Shown one piece after another: positions 49,619 through 60,531 of a stretch of DNA of 64,000 nt (position 1 is its first letter; the number at the start of each line of letters is the position of its first letter). The stretch is from assembly GCA_002688925.1 (NCBI GenBank), contig NZEC01000018.1, positions 59,131 to 123,130 of the forward strand. Reading direction: 5' to 3'. Source of the DNA: an archaeon (GTDB lineage Archaea > Nanobdellota > Nanobdellia > Woesearchaeales > GW2011-AR4). The notes below the pieces were generated by a model. It was not told where the DNA came from and ran no database searches. It was given only the letters and a program-made list of their open reading frames with translations. Both the position numbers and the translations under genes were made by a program.

Positions 49619-52132
49619 TTAACCCATATAGACTGGCTTTTCTTCCTTCATCTGGTTGGCCCGGGCAGCGCTTAAGGCATCTCTCATCTCGCTGTAAGCT
49701 TTCTCTATTTCCTTGCTTATAGAAGGCGGGACTTTTTCAATAGCTTTTTCAAAATGCCTGATTGATATTTCCTTTGATTCCATATCTTCCCTTAGGGCAA
49801 ATATCGCAGCTTCTCTGCAGACAGATTCTATGTCTGAGCCTGCATAGCCTTCTGTTTTTTTAGTAAGATCCGATAGATTTTTTTTAACATCGGCATCTAT
49901 TTCTTTTAAAAGAACAGTTAGAATTTTAAAATCATAATTTTTATTATCTTTTTTATTATCTTCTCCAATTCTAGAGTATATGATTGGTTTATATTTTTTT
50001 AACAATTCAATTTCTTCACTATTTTTCTTAAAATCACTTGATAAATCAGATAATTGTTTTTCGAATCTTTTTTTTGAAAGGTATCTAATATTTTCTTGTA
50101 ATTTGTTTGATAGGTCTTTATTCATCAAAGGCATTCCTTTTGTATGCACATTGAATACTTCCAGCCTTGTTTTTTCATCAGGGACTGGTGTTAATATTAT
50201 TCTGTCAAATCTTCCTGGCCTTAGCAAAGCAGTATCGACCATATCAGGCCTGTTGGTTGCAGCTATTATTACAACATCGTGCATCTCTTCCAGGCCATCT
50301 ATTTCTGTCAGCATTTGGTTAACTACACGCTCACTAACATGGCTGTCTGAATTTAGGCCTCTTTTTGGAGCTAAACTGTCTATTTCATCAAAAAACACAA
50401 TGCACGGGCTTACCTGCCTTGCTTTCTTGAAAACCTCCCTGACTGCTTTTTCTGATTCCCCTACCCATTTTGACAATAATTCTGGGCCTTTTACAAGAAT
50501 GAAATTTGCCTGGCTTTCATTTGCAACAGCTTTTGCAAGCATTGTCTTTCCTGTTCCTGGAGCGCCATACAACAAGATGCCTTTTGGAGGATTAACTCCT
50601 AGGCGTTTGAATGATTCAGGGTGCTTTAAAGGCCATTCAACAGCCTCTATTAATTCCTGTTTGACAGTTTCTAAACCACCAATATCCTCCCATTTTATGT
50701 TTGGAACTTCTACTAAAACTTCTCTTAAAGCAGATGGCCTTACAACCTTTAATGCTTCTCTAAAGTCTTTTTGTGATATTCTCAATTTTTCCAATACTTC
50801 TTTTGGAATAGGCTCTTCTTCTTTTAATTTCAAGTCAGGCAAAATTTTCCTCAAGACAATCATGGCTGCTTCTTTTGCCAAAGAGGATAAATCAGCTCCT
50901 ACAAAGCCATGGGTTATGGAAGAAAGCTCTTTTAAATTGACGTTTTTAGCCAATGGCATGTTTCTTGTATGGATTTTCAAGATATTAAGCCTTCCATCAA
51001 TTCTAGGAACTCCAATTTCAATTTCCCTGTCAAATCTTCCAGGCCTTCTTAAGGCTGGGTCAAGAATATTAGGCACATTAGTTGCAGCAATAACAACAAC
51101 CTTGCCCCTGCTTTTTAATCCGTCCATTAATGCTAAAAGCTGTGCAACAACACGCCTTTCAACTTCTCCTTTTGTCTCTTCTCTTTTTGATGCAATTGCA
51201 TCTATCTCATCTATGAATATGATACTTGGGGCATTTTTCTGGGCTTCTTCAAATTTTTTCCTGATATTTTCTTCACTTTGGCCGTAATATTTGCTCATGA
51301 TTTCCGGGCCATTAATAAGAATAAAATGGGAATTTGTTTCGTTGGCTACTGCTTTTGCCAATAATGTTTTTCCGGTTCCAGGAGAGCCATGCAATAGAAC
51401 GCCTTTTGGAGCCTCTATTCCTAATCTTTCAAAAATCTCTGGGTGTTTTAATGGCAACTCAACCATCTCCCTTATTTTTTTTATTTCATCGCTTAATCCA
51501 CCTATGTCTTCATAAGTGACTTCAGGAACTAACTCCTCTTTGGCTTCAACTGCTTCGGGATTGAATATAATCTCTGTCTGCTCTGTGATGATAATCGGCT
51601 GTTTTGGATTTGTGTCTATAACAATAAATTTTATATCTCCAAAGCCAAAGCCCATCATGCTTTCATCAAGTATGCTAAAAACGTCTTCAAAGAATGGGCT
51701 TTCTGACATAGTAGAACGCCTTCTTCTAGTGCCCCCTAATGAAACTATATCACCTTTTGTTAACGCTCGGCCCAATAATCCCTGCTTGAATATTTCCGGA
51801 GAAGCCCTTATGACAATGCCTTTTCTTGCAGGAGCGATTATGACTTTTTTTCCTTCTTTAACGTTAGATTTTCTTACGCTTATTATCTCTCCAATGCCTG
51901 TTTTTGAATTTTTTCTGATTATTCCGTCCATACGCACTATGTTGTGGCCAATATCTCCGGGATAAGCCCGGTCTGCAATTGCAACAGTCTTTCTTTCCCC
52001 TTCTAATTCTACAATATCACCCGGCCTTATGCCTACCTGAGTAAGAAAACTGGAATCTATTCTAACAATGCCTTTGTTTACATCATCCTGGATTGCCTCT
52101 GCAACCTTTAATTTAATCTCTTTCTCGGCCAT
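49619..52132 (-). CDS. cdc48: CDC48/VCP AAA+ ATPase
   Basis: N-domain and two AAA modules ([22 protein letters not shown]); C-terminal YMG HbYX-like tail. Confidence 0.95.
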   Translation of the reverse strand: MAEKEIKLKVAEAIQDDVNKGIVRIDSSFLTQVGIRPGDIVELEGERKTVAIADRAYPGDIGHNIVRMDGIIRKNSKTGIGEIISVRKSNVKEGKKVIIAPARKGIVIRASPEIFKQGLLGRALTKGDIVSLGGTRRRRSTMSESPFFEDVFSILDESMMGFGFGDIKFIVIDTNPKQPIIITEQTEIIFNPEAVEAKEELVPEVTYEDIGGLSDEIKKIREMVELPLKHPEIFERLGIEAPKGVLLHGSPGTGKTLLAKAVANETNSHFILINGPEIMSKYYGQSEENIRKKFEEAQKNAPSIIFIDEIDAIASKREETKGEVERRVVAQLLALMDGLKSRGKVVVIAATNVPNILDPALRRPGRFDREIEIGVPRIDGRLNILKIHTRNMPLAKNVNLKELSSITHGFVGADLSSLAKEAAMIVLRKILPDLKLKEEEPIPKEVLEKLRISQKDFREALKVVRPSALREVLVEVPNIKWEDIGGLETVKQELIEAVEWPLKHPESFKRLGVNPPKGILLYGAPGTGKTMLAKAVANESQANFILVKGPELLSKWVGESEKAVREVFKKARQVSPCIVFFDEIDSLAPKRGLNSDSHVSERVVNQMLTEIDGLEEMHDVVIIAATNRPDMVDTALLRPGRFDRIILTPVPDEKTRLEVFNVHTKGMPLMNKDLSNKLQENIRYLSKKRFEKQLSDLSSDFKKNSEEIELLKKYKPIIYSRIGEDNKKDNKNYDFKILTVLLKEIDADVKKNLSDLTKKTEGYAGSDIESVCREAAIFALREDMESKEISIRHFEKAIEKVPPSISKEIEKAYSEMRDALSAARANQMKEEKPVYMG

Positions 52133-52208
52133 TTTTTGTAGTTTTTGTAATGCTGTCAGTTTTATAAATGTTATGGAAAATCGTTGATTTTATTAGAGTG
52201 TTTAATTG

Positions 52209-53183
52209 TTATCTATTCATTGTCCTTATATACTGCTTGACTTTTTTTATTATGTCATTTTTTAATTTATCATCAAAATTCCTGTTTTTAATATGCTTGA
52301 TTTCATCATAATCAATATCTGGAATTTTTGTAAATGTGCCTTGCAATTCAAAGCCTGCTGTTTTGATTTCCTTTTCAATGTTTTTTGCATGCATGCTGTT
52401 GAATAATTTTATTGCAGGAAATTTTGTTATTGCATTTGCTCCTGCATCAATCATTAGATGAATATAATTAACCCTGTTTACCCAGTGACCTGCAACAATA
52501 TCAATATTGGGAAAGTTTTCTCTTGTCTTTCTTATCCATTCAATAAAGTAATTGATTTCAGGCCCTTTTGAGTTTTCAAATATTGTTCCTTCTATTGGGT
52601 TCAAAGCATAAAAAATTATCTTTTTAATATTATTTCTTATTATAAAATCTTTTAATAGTGGAAAATCATCAATTTGCTCTCCAAGCCCAACAATAAAAGT
52701 CATTGATTTTTTTAAGTTAAATTTTTCACATATTCTATACATTTCTTCTATTGAAGCAAGATGTTTGTTTGGAATTACTTTTTTTCTGACATCATCATTA
52801 ACAGTTTCTACTGCACCGCAGACTCCTTTAAGATAAGGGCTTACTTTTTCAATGGTTTTTTCATTTAAAACTCCAATATTGAGCCAGAATTTTTCACCAT
52901 ATATTTCATAAACATTTTTGCAGAGCTCTAAAATGCTTTCTGCTGTATAGCTTCCATAACCTGCTGATAAAAAGCCAATTTTCCATCCTAGCTTTTTGCA
53001 TAAATAAGCTTCTGCCAAGATAGATGCGATGCTCCTTCTTGCTTTTTCTGGTTCAGAAATTTTACTTTTTTGGGTTGACATATAGCAATAAGCGCAATCA
53101 CCTAAATTACAATACCAAGAGGTAAATATTGCCCTTTCAAAATGGATTGTTTTTGTCTTTTGCTTTATCAGAATATTTTCCAT
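52209..53183 (-). CDS. Biotin-synthase-like radical SAM protein (CX4CX2C)
   Basis: FTSWYCNLGDCAYCYM, AVETVN, IVGLGE. Confidence 0.75.
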   Translation of the reverse strand: MENILIKQKTKTIHFERAIFTSWYCNLGDCAYCYMSTQKSKISEPEKARRSIASILAEAYLCKKLGWKIGFLSAGYGSYTAESILELCKNVYEIYGEKFWLNIGVLNEKTIEKVSPYLKGVCGAVETVNDDVRKKVIPNKHLASIEEMYRICEKFNLKKSMTFIVGLGEQIDDFPLLKDFIIRNNIKKIIFYALNPIEGTIFENSKGPEINYFIEWIRKTRENFPNIDIVAGHWVNRVNYIHLMIDAGANAITKFPAIKLFNSMHAKNIEKEIKTAGFELQGTFTKIPDIDYDEIKHIKNRNFDDKLKNDIIKKVKQYIRTMNR

Positions 53184-53324
53184 AGAATAAAGAATGAGGA
53201 ATGCATTTAAAAAAGTTTAGAAAGAAAATTGTTAAATCGTAATCTTAATCCTTTAACCTCTTTTCCCATTAAAATAATCAATTACTAATCAATAGAATAA
53301 TGAATTTATTAATGTTTATTTTCT

Positions 53325-53735
53325 TTAGGATAGAATATCATCAAGGTTTGTTCTTTTAAGGTTTGCTCCTTTAAGGTCTGCTCCTTGAAGGTTTGCTTCT
53401 CTAAAGTCTGCTCCTTTAAGGTTTGCTCCCTTAAGATCTGCTCCTTGAAGGTTTGCTCCTTGAAGGTTTGCTAAAAAAAGGTTTGCTAAATAAAGGTTTG
53501 CTTCTCTAAGGTTTGCTTCTTTAAGGTCTGCTCCTTGAAGGTTTGCTTCTCTAAGGTTTGCTCCTGGAAGGTTTGCTCTATAAAGATCTGCTAAATAAAG
53601 GTTTGCTTCTCTAAGGTTTGCTTCTCTAAGGTTTGCTTCTCTAAGGTTTGCTAAAAAAAGGTTTGCTTTACTAAGGTCTGCTTCTTCAAGGTCTGCTTCT
53701 TCAAGGTCTGCTCCGGGTTTTATTTCATATTTCAT
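53325..53735 (-). CDS. Pentapeptide repeat protein
   Basis: About 25 A(D/N)Lxx repeats, visible as a 15-nt DNA repeat. Confidence 0.88.
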   Translation of the reverse strand: MKYEIKPGADLEEADLEEADLSKANLFLANLREANLREANLREANLYLADLYRANLPGANLREANLQGADLKEANLREANLYLANLFLANLQGANLQGADLKGANLKGADFREANLQGADLKGANLKRTNLDDILS

Positions 53736-53810
53736 TTTAATACCACTTAGAATTGGAATAATTAATCTATTTATAAATCTTTCAATCAAAACGTGTACCT
53801 TTTGGTTATA

Positions 53811-53883
53811 AGCCCCGAAAGGGAGTTGCACCCCTGACCTGCAGCTTACGAGGCTGCTGCTCTGCTAACTGAGCTATCGGGGC
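53811..53883 (-). tRNA. tRNA-Thr(CGU)
   Basis: GCCCCGA/TCGGGGC acceptor; GCAGC-CTCGTAA-GCTGC; variant T-loop TGCAACT. Confidence 0.88.
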
Positions 53884-53907
53884 AATTATTATAGAAGAAA
53901 TAAAGCA

Positions 53908-54066
53908 CTACTTAATATTTTCTAAAATCTTTTCTTTTGTCGGGAATTTCTTCTGGCATTCAGAGCAGATAGTGTGCTTTTTTCCTTTGTCATCTTTTGT
54001 ATATGAGCCTAGTATTTTGCCCATGAATGTTGTTTCAATGTTTTTGCTGCAGATTTCACACTTCAT
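53908..54066 (-). CDS. Small zinc-finger protein (52 aa)
   Basis: MKCEICSKNIETTFMGKILGSYTKDDKGKKHTICSECQKKFPTKEKILENIK. Confidence 0.7.
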   Translation of the reverse strand: MKCEICSKNIETTFMGKILGSYTKDDKGKKHTICSECQKKFPTKEKILENIK

Positions 54067-54137
54067 ATAAATTGTTAATGTTAATTATTATTTAAATTTA
54101 ATGAAAGATTTAAATATACCAAGCAATTTTTTTGTTT

Positions 54138-54884
54138 ATGGCAAGTGTGTGGGCTTATTCATTAGTAAGTGTGATTATAGTCAGTTTGCTATCTTTTATA
54201 GGTATTTTGTTCCTTGCTATTAGCCATAAAAAGCTGAAGAAAATGCTCCTTTTCCTAGTAAGCTTTGCTGCCGGTGCATTGTTTGGGGATGTTTTTGTGC
54301 ATTTACTCCCGGAAATAATAAGTGAGGCAGGATTTGGAATTAATATTTCCATTTATGTTCTTTTAGGAATTTTAACATTTTTTGTGCTTGAAAAGCTTAT
54401 ATTTTGGCGCCACTGCCATATCCCAACATCTGAAAACCACCCGCATCCTGTTGCATTTATGAACCTTATTGGGGATGGCCTGCATAACTTAATTGATGGA
54501 ATGATTATAGCAGGAAGCTATATTGCAAGCATCCCAATTGGAATTGCTACAACAATAGCTGTTATACTGCATGAGATACCCCAAGAAATAAGCGATTTTG
54601 GTATCTTGATATATGGGGGGTTTACCAGAATGAAAGCGCTTTTATTTAATTTCTTCTCGGCATTTCTTGCTGTGATAGGTGCTATTGTAATACTGGTTAT
54701 TGACATAAGCATTGAAAACATTTCAATTTTTTTAGTGCCCTTTACTGCAGGGGGATTTGTCTATATAGCCGGGAGTGACTTGATACCTGAGCTAAAAAAG
54801 GTTTCTGGATTTAAGAACTCAATACTGCAGCTTTTGGCGTTTTTTGCGGGCATCCTTATTATGCTTCTTTTGACGTTATTATAA
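54138..54884 (+). CDS. zupT: ZIP family metal transporter
   Basis: HLLPE, HCH, GDGLHNLIDG, HEIPQE. Confidence 0.9.
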   Translation: MASVWAYSLVSVIIVSLLSFIGILFLAISHKKLKKMLLFLVSFAAGALFGDVFVHLLPEIISEAGFGINISIYVLLGILTFFVLEKLIFWRHCHIPTSENHPHPVAFMNLIGDGLHNLIDGMIIAGSYIASIPIGIATTIAVILHEIPQEISDFGILIYGGFTRMKALLFNFFSAFLAVIGAIVILVIDISIENISIFLVPFTAGGFVYIAGSDLIPELKKVSGFKNSILQLLAFFAGILIMLLLTLL

Positions 54885-54922
54885 TAAACAAATTTATAAA
54901 ACAATATTTCTTACTTGGTAAA

Positions 54923-56671
54923 ATGAAACGCATAGCTGTTGTTGACAATGAGAAATTAAAGGATATGCCGCAAAAATTGCATATACAGAGCTTATGCCCT
55001 GTGAACAGGTCAGGCACAGAATGCATAACTATTGAAAAAAGCGGCTTTCTTAAGATAGATGAGGCTACATGCATTGGCTGCGGGATATGCGTAAAAGCCG
55101 CTCCAAATGCAATAAAAGTTGTAAATCTTCCTGAAATTCTGGATAAAAATCCAATCCATAGATACAGTGAAAATGGATTTGCACTATTTAATCTGCCGGT
55201 TCCGATATTCGGAAAGGTTGTTGGGATTTTAGGAGTTAACGGAATTGGAAAGTCAACTGCAATAGACATCCTGGCTGGCATGCTTAAGCCGAATTTCGGG
55301 GATATTGGAAAAAAATCTGATTATAAGGAAATAATTGATTTTTTTAAGGGCACTGAAGTGCAATTGTTTTTTGAGAAGGTGAAAAAAGGAACTGTTAAAG
55401 TGGGCTATAAGCCTCAAAAAGTCGATTTAATATCAAAAACGCAAAAAGGAAAGGTCAAAGATTTGCTAAAAAAGGTTGATGAAAAAAATAGATTAGATGA
55501 AATAGCAAAAGAGCTTGAAATTGGAAATATTTTAGACAATGAAATCAGCAAGATTTCCGGGGGGGAATTGCAGAGGGTTGCGATAGCAGCAACTGTGCTT
55601 AAGAAAGCAAATTTATATATTTTTGACGAGCCTACAAGCTACCTTGACATTAAGCAGCGCATAAATGTAAGCAAGTTCATAAGAGATCTTGCAGATGATA
55701 AAACTTCTGTTATTGTTGTTGAGCACGATTTAATTATTTTTGACTACATATCGGATTTATCCCATATAATGTTTGGCTCTGAGGATGCTTACGGCTCTGT
55801 TTCCGGATTAAAGCCAACAAAAAATTCCATAAACACCTATTTGGATGGTTATCTAAAAGAGGAAAATATCAGGTTCAGGGACAAAAAGGTAAAGTTTGAG
55901 CCGAGAAAATCTTTTTCTGAAAAAAAAGAAGAAAGTCTTGTTTCATGGAAGAATATTGGGAAAAAGCTTGGAAATTTTACACTGAAAACAGAAGAAGGGA
56001 AGATACATAAAGGAGAAGTTATAGGTGTTTTAGGGGAGAATGGGATTGGAAAAACAACTTTTGTAAAAATACTTGCAAATGAAATAAAAAAGGATGAAGG
56101 GGAGTTAAATGAGAATGTCAAGGTAAGCTATAAGCCCCAGTATCTGGAATCTAATGATGAATTAGTGATAAGTGTTTTGGATGAAGCAATTAAAAAGTAT
56201 ACAAACCAAATAATAAATCCGCTTAATATCAAGCCTTTGCTTCTTAAAAAATTGAATGAGGTTTCAGGAGGAGAGCTACAGAGGGTTGCTATCGCTTTGT
56301 GTTTAAGCAAGGAAGCTGACCTGTACTTGTTGGATGAGCCATCTGCCTATCTTGATGTGGAGCAGCGCTTATTGATCTCTAAAGTTATCAGGGATTTTAT
56401 GGAGATAAAAAATGCATCTGCATTGATTGTTGAGCATGACTTATTGTTCTTAAATTACCTAGCAGATAAGATAATGGTGTTTGATGGAGTGCCTGCAGAA
56501 AATGGAATAGTTCTAGGACCTTATCCTATGGAAGATGGAATGAATATGTTTTTGAAAAGGCTGGGTATAACATTAAGGAGGGACAAAGAGAGCTTAATGC
56601 CAAGAGTAAATAAATTAGATTCAAAGCTTGACAGGGAGCAGAAAGAAAAAGGGAAGTTTTATTTTGTGTAA
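54923..56671 (+). CDS. Ribosome recycling ATPase ABCE1/Rli1
   Basis: N-terminal Fe-S domain; two NBDs with SGGELQR and DEP; hinge motif RRD...PRVNK..S. Confidence 0.95.
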   Translation: MKRIAVVDNEKLKDMPQKLHIQSLCPVNRSGTECITIEKSGFLKIDEATCIGCGICVKAAPNAIKVVNLPEILDKNPIHRYSENGFALFNLPVPIFGKVVGILGVNGIGKSTAIDILAGMLKPNFGDIGKKSDYKEIIDFFKGTEVQLFFEKVKKGTVKVGYKPQKVDLISKTQKGKVKDLLKKVDEKNRLDEIAKELEIGNILDNEISKISGGELQRVAIAATVLKKANLYIFDEPTSYLDIKQRINVSKFIRDLADDKTSVIVVEHDLIIFDYISDLSHIMFGSEDAYGSVSGLKPTKNSINTYLDGYLKEENIRFRDKKVKFEPRKSFSEKKEESLVSWKNIGKKLGNFTLKTEEGKIHKGEVIGVLGENGIGKTTFVKILANEIKKDEGELNENVKVSYKPQYLESNDELVISVLDEAIKKYTNQIINPLNIKPLLLKKLNEVSGGELQRVAIALCLSKEADLYLLDEPSAYLDVEQRLLISKVIRDFMEIKNASALIVEHDLLFLNYLADKIMVFDGVPAENGIVLGPYPMEDGMNMFLKRLGITLRRDKESLMPRVNKLDSKLDREQKEKGKFYFV

Positions 56672-56676
56672 ATACA

Positions 56677-56886
56677 ATGAAAGAACATCATAAGAGAAGC
56701 ATTATAAAAGCAATAAGCTGGAGAATTTTGGCTACATTGACTACAATGGCCTTAGTATTTATTTTTACGGGTAAAATGCTGCTTTCTCTTACTATTGGAT
56801 TTTTTGAAGTAATATCAAAAATAATTTTTTATTATATCCATGAGCGCTTGTGGAATAAGATTAAGTGGGGAAAGTCTCATAAATAA
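56677..56886 (+). CDS. DUF2061 small membrane protein
   Basis: KAISWR...YYIHERLW. Confidence 0.85.
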   Translation: MKEHHKRSIIKAISWRILATLTTMALVFIFTGKMLLSLTIGFFEVISKIIFYYIHERLWNKIKWGKSHK

Positions 56887-56917
56887 GTTAAGAATGTTTA
56901 GTTGATTGAAATATAAA

Positions 56918-57481
56918 CTATGCTTTGCCCCTGCTTTCCCCATATGTTATTCCAGACGCAATTAAATGAGAAATTCTTACAGCTTCGGGTATAAGGCTCC
57001 TTGTGCATGCTATTTTCAGTATTTCTTTGGCTTTCCCGATGCTTAATCCGGTTAATTGAATGTAGATATTTCCTATCGGGGTTATTGGGCCTGCTTTCTC
57101 CAGAAGCTTTATTTTACTTTTTTTATTCAGTTTTTCAAGGATTTTTTTGATGTTGTTTATGTCCGGCCTTTTTCTGATTATCACTATTACAGGAAGCTTT
57201 GTTTTTTTATTCAGTTCCTTTACATCAATGATATTAAATCCTCCAACAGCTATGCCATCGAGAAAAATGCACTGCAGTTGAAGCTTGAATTTGCTCTTAT
57301 TTATCATATCTGCAATTTTTTCAGTGGCGTTGTTTCCATCTATACTTACTTTTGTTGATAAAACTCCTTCAAGTAGGGTTCCTCCGCGAAAAACTGTTCC
57401 GATGACCCTTACTTTTCCTTTTTTGAATTTATTGAAAGGGGCATCATCAATTCCGATGACCCTTATTTCTTTTTTTGGCAT
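56918..57481 (-). CDS. DUF99 family (endonuclease V-like fold) protein
   Basis: IGIDDAPF, LDGIAVGGFNIID, IPEAVRISHLIA. Confidence 0.88.
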   Translation of the reverse strand: MPKKEIRVIGIDDAPFNKFKKGKVRVIGTVFRGGTLLEGVLSTKVSIDGNNATEKIADMINKSKFKLQLQCIFLDGIAVGGFNIIDVKELNKKTKLPVIVIIRKRPDINNIKKILEKLNKKSKIKLLEKAGPITPIGNIYIQLTGLSIGKAKEILKIACTRSLIPEAVRISHLIASGITYGESRGKA

Positions 57482-57736
57482 TTGTCAAAAACACCCATTA
57501 TAGGGTATTCAATTGTATTGATAAGCATATATAAGATTTAAAGTTATTCATTAAACCTGAATCTATAATTCTTAAAGTTTATTAACCCTAAATTATGACA
57601 TTGTTTGTGTTAATCTTAAGTATAAGCAAAAAAATTTAAATGTTGTTTTTAGCAATGCATATAAATGAGCTATAATTATTCACTTTTTGTGTCTGAAATA
57701 CAATTGGATGCATTTTTGTATTATTGATTTTTAAAT

Positions 57737-59566
57737 ATGTGCGGCATAATCGGCTATATTGGGAAAAGTAAAGCAGCTCCGATATTAGTTGATGGGCTTA
57801 AGAGGCTGGAGTACAGGGGCTATGATTCTGCAGGCATTTCTACGATAAACAATAGGAATATAATCGTAGAGAAGGATATTGGAAAGATCAATGAGATAGA
57901 AGGCAAGACAAATTTCTCCAAGCTTGATGGCAATATCGGGATCTCGCACTGCAGGTGGGGGACTCATGGTAAAATTACAAGGGAAAATGCGCATCCCCAT
58001 GTTGATTGCTCAGGAAAAATTTCCATTGTGCACAATGGGATCATAGAAAATTTCTCAGAATTAAAGGAAATGCTGATTAAGAAAGACCATAAATTTAAGT
58101 CCTTAACAGATACAGAAGTAATAGCCCATTTGTTAGAGGAAAATTATAATGGAGACATTGAGCAAGCGGCAAGAAAAGCTTTGCAGCAGATAGAAGGCAG
58201 CTATGCTTTGGGCATTTTATGTTCGGATGAGCCTAACAGGCTAATAGCTGCAAGAAACGAAAGCCCGCTGATTCTTGGACTTGGAAAAAATGAAAATTTT
58301 ATTGCGTCAGATGTTCCGGCAATCTTAAAGTATACAAAAAAAATAATTTATCTTGAAAACAATGAAATGGCTGTTTTAACAGACAAAAATGTTTCAGTAA
58401 AAGACATTAATGGTAAAGTAATTGACAAAAAAATACATAAAATTGAATGGAATTCTGAGCTTGCAGAAAAAGGAGGATTTGAGCATTATATGCTTAAGGA
58501 AATCCATGAGCAGCCAAGGGCAATAACCGAAACTCTGAACGGAAGGGTTGAGAACGGAAATGTTAATTTAAGCGAAGAAATTAATTTGAGTGAGCAGGAA
58601 TTAAGGAAAATTAAGAGAATTGTGATTGTTGCCTGCGGAACAAGCTGGCATGCTGCACTTGCAGGAGAGTTTATGCTGGAAGAACTGGCAAAAATTCCGG
58701 TTGAAGTTGAGTATGCATCTGAATTCAGGTACAGAAATCCTATAATAGATGAAGGGACTTTAGTTATTGCCATAAGCCAGAGTGGGGAAACTGCTGATAC
58801 TTTGGCTGCGATAAGAGAGGCAAAGGAAAAAAACGCAAAAATATTGTCTATTATCAATGTAAAAGGGAGTTCAATAGAAAGAGAGTCTGATTCTGTCTTG
58901 TATACTTATGCCGGGCCTGAGATAGGAGTTGCATCCACCAAAGCGTTCACTACGCAGCTCATTGTGTTATATATATTTACATTGTTTATGAGCGGCTTAA
59001 GAAAAACATTAGATAAAGAAAAAATCAAGGGCCTGATTGAAAGATTAAGGAAATTGCCATTGCAGATGGATGCTTTGCTGAACAATGATGAGGAAATCAG
59101 GAAAATAGCTGATATCTACAAAAGCAGGAAGAATGCTTTGTTTTTAGGCCGCGGAGTCAATTTTCCTATTGCACTGGAAGGGGCATTGAAATTAAAGGAA
59201 GTGAGCTACATACATGCTGAAGGATATCCTGCTGCAGAGATGAAGCATGGCCCTATTGCCTTGATTGACAAGGAAATGCCCGTAGTTTTTGTCGCTCCAA
59301 AAGACATCTATACTTACAAAAAAGTTTTGGGAAATATTGAAGAGGTGAAAGCGCGCGGAGGGATTGCTATTGTTATTGCTACCGAAGATGATAAGGAAAT
59401 CAAGAAAAAGGCAGACCATGCAATATATATCCCAAAAAACCTTTATACTTTAAGCTCAATACTTGCTGTTATTCCGCTGCAGCTGCTGGCTTATTATGTT
59501 GCTGTTGATAGGGGTTTGGATCCGGATAAGCCAAGAAATCTCAGTAAAAGCGTAACAGTTGAATGA
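57737..59566 (+). CDS. glmS: Glutamine-fructose-6-phosphate transaminase
   Basis: MCGIIG, LEYRGYDSAG, SQSGETAD, PRNLSKSVTVE. Confidence 0.97.
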   Translation: MCGIIGYIGKSKAAPILVDGLKRLEYRGYDSAGISTINNRNIIVEKDIGKINEIEGKTNFSKLDGNIGISHCRWGTHGKITRENAHPHVDCSGKISIVHNGIIENFSELKEMLIKKDHKFKSLTDTEVIAHLLEENYNGDIEQAARKALQQIEGSYALGILCSDEPNRLIAARNESPLILGLGKNENFIASDVPAILKYTKKIIYLENNEMAVLTDKNVSVKDINGKVIDKKIHKIEWNSELAEKGGFEHYMLKEIHEQPRAITETLNGRVENGNVNLSEEINLSEQELRKIKRIVIVACGTSWHAALAGEFMLEELAKIPVEVEYASEFRYRNPIIDEGTLVIAISQSGETADTLAAIREAKEKNAKILSIINVKGSSIERESDSVLYTYAGPEIGVASTKAFTTQLIVLYIFTLFMSGLRKTLDKEKIKGLIERLRKLPLQMDALLNNDEEIRKIADIYKSRKNALFLGRGVNFPIALEGALKLKEVSYIHAEGYPAAEMKHGPIALIDKEMPVVFVAPKDIYTYKKVLGNIEEVKARGGIAIVIATEDDKEIKKKADHAIYIPKNLYTLSSILAVIPLQLLAYYVAVDRGLDPDKPRNLSKSVTVE

Positions 59567-59628
59567 ATATTAAGAAATGAAGAGAGTTATCACAAACTTT
59601 TTAAACATCATTCTAAAACATCCACGAT

Positions 59629-59919
59629 ATGAAAGTTAAGGTAAATAAAGAATTGATAGGGCATATTGCTGAAGTTGCAAGACTTAAGCTTACAGATAAG
59701 GAAATTAAAAAATTTGAAGCTGAGCTAAGGGAGATTATAGAAAAATTCTCAAAGCTTGATGAGGTTGATACAAAAAATATTGAGCCTAGTTTGCAGGCTG
59801 TTGAATTAAAAAATATTCTTAGGGAAGATAAGGAAGGGATTTGCTTAAGCCAGAAAGATGCTTTAAGCTTAATTGAACATAAAAAAGACGGCTACTTTAA
59901 AGGTCCAAAAGCAGTTTAA
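59629..59919 (+). CDS. gatC: Amidotransferase subunit C
   Basis: HIAEVARL, LRED, GYFKGPK. Confidence 0.88.
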   Translation: MKVKVNKELIGHIAEVARLKLTDKEIKKFEAELREIIEKFSKLDEVDTKNIEPSLQAVELKNILREDKEGICLSQKDALSLIEHKKDGYFKGPKAV

Positions 59920-59934
59920 AAATGAGATGAAAAA

Positions 59935-60468
59935 ATGAAAATTCATGCAATGTTTTTAGCTTTTATTTTGCTCATAGCAGGATGTGGAGGAAATAACATA
60001 ACGGCTGGTGTTACAGCTATAGATGGGGTGGAAAAGATGGAAAATAAAATAGTTACAGTAGAAACCAGTAAAGGTGTTATTAAATTTGAATTGTTTGAGG
60101 ATAAAGCTCCAATAACAACAAAGAATTTTATTGAATTAGTTGGAAAAGGATTCTATAATGGGTTGACATTCCACAGGGTTGAGCCTGGGTTTGTAATACA
60201 AGGTGGAGATCCAAATGGAGATGGGACTGGGGGCAGCGGCAAGAATATACCTTTAGAAATTCATAAGGATTTAAGGCATACAAAAGGTACTGTTGCTATG
60301 GCACGATCTCAGGATCCTAACAGCGCCTCTTCACAATTTTACATAACTCTTGCAGACACTCCGCTTCTGGATGATAATTATGCTGTCTTTGGCAGAGTTG
60401 TAGAAGGAATGGATGTTGTTGAGAGCATTAAAGTAGGTGATAAGATGGATAAAGTTACAATCAAATAA
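59935..60468 (+). CDS. Cyclophilin-type peptidyl-prolyl isomerase, lipoprotein
   Basis: Lipobox IAGC; FHRV..FVIQGGD, AMAR, SQFYI. Confidence 0.92.
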   Translation: MKIHAMFLAFILLIAGCGGNNITAGVTAIDGVEKMENKIVTVETSKGVIKFELFEDKAPITTKNFIELVGKGFYNGLTFHRVEPGFVIQGGDPNGDGTGGSGKNIPLEIHKDLRHTKGTVAMARSQDPNSASSQFYITLADTPLLDDNYAVFGRVVEGMDVVESIKVGDKMDKVTIK

Positions 60469-60531
60469 TTATCGCTATAAGGGCAGCTATTATATTTTAT
60501 TGATATTTTTTGAAAGGATTATTTTAATAAA

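Noticed and set aside
49890-50125. Intein in CDC48
   Set aside because: No Cys/Ser start or His-Asn end, and too short
49980-51965. Long plus-strand ORFs (435 and 149 aa) and many similar antisense ORFs in the track
   Set aside because: Shadows of conserved genes on the opposite strand (cdc48, prs, top6B, gatE, polB)
53345-53715. 15-nt tandem repeats resembling a CRISPR or satellite array
   Set aside because: No unique spacers; fully explained by pentapeptide-repeat codons
59935-60468. Cyclophilin between gatC and gatA as a mobile insertion
   Set aside because: No flanking repeats or mobility genes; ordinary gene shuffling suffices
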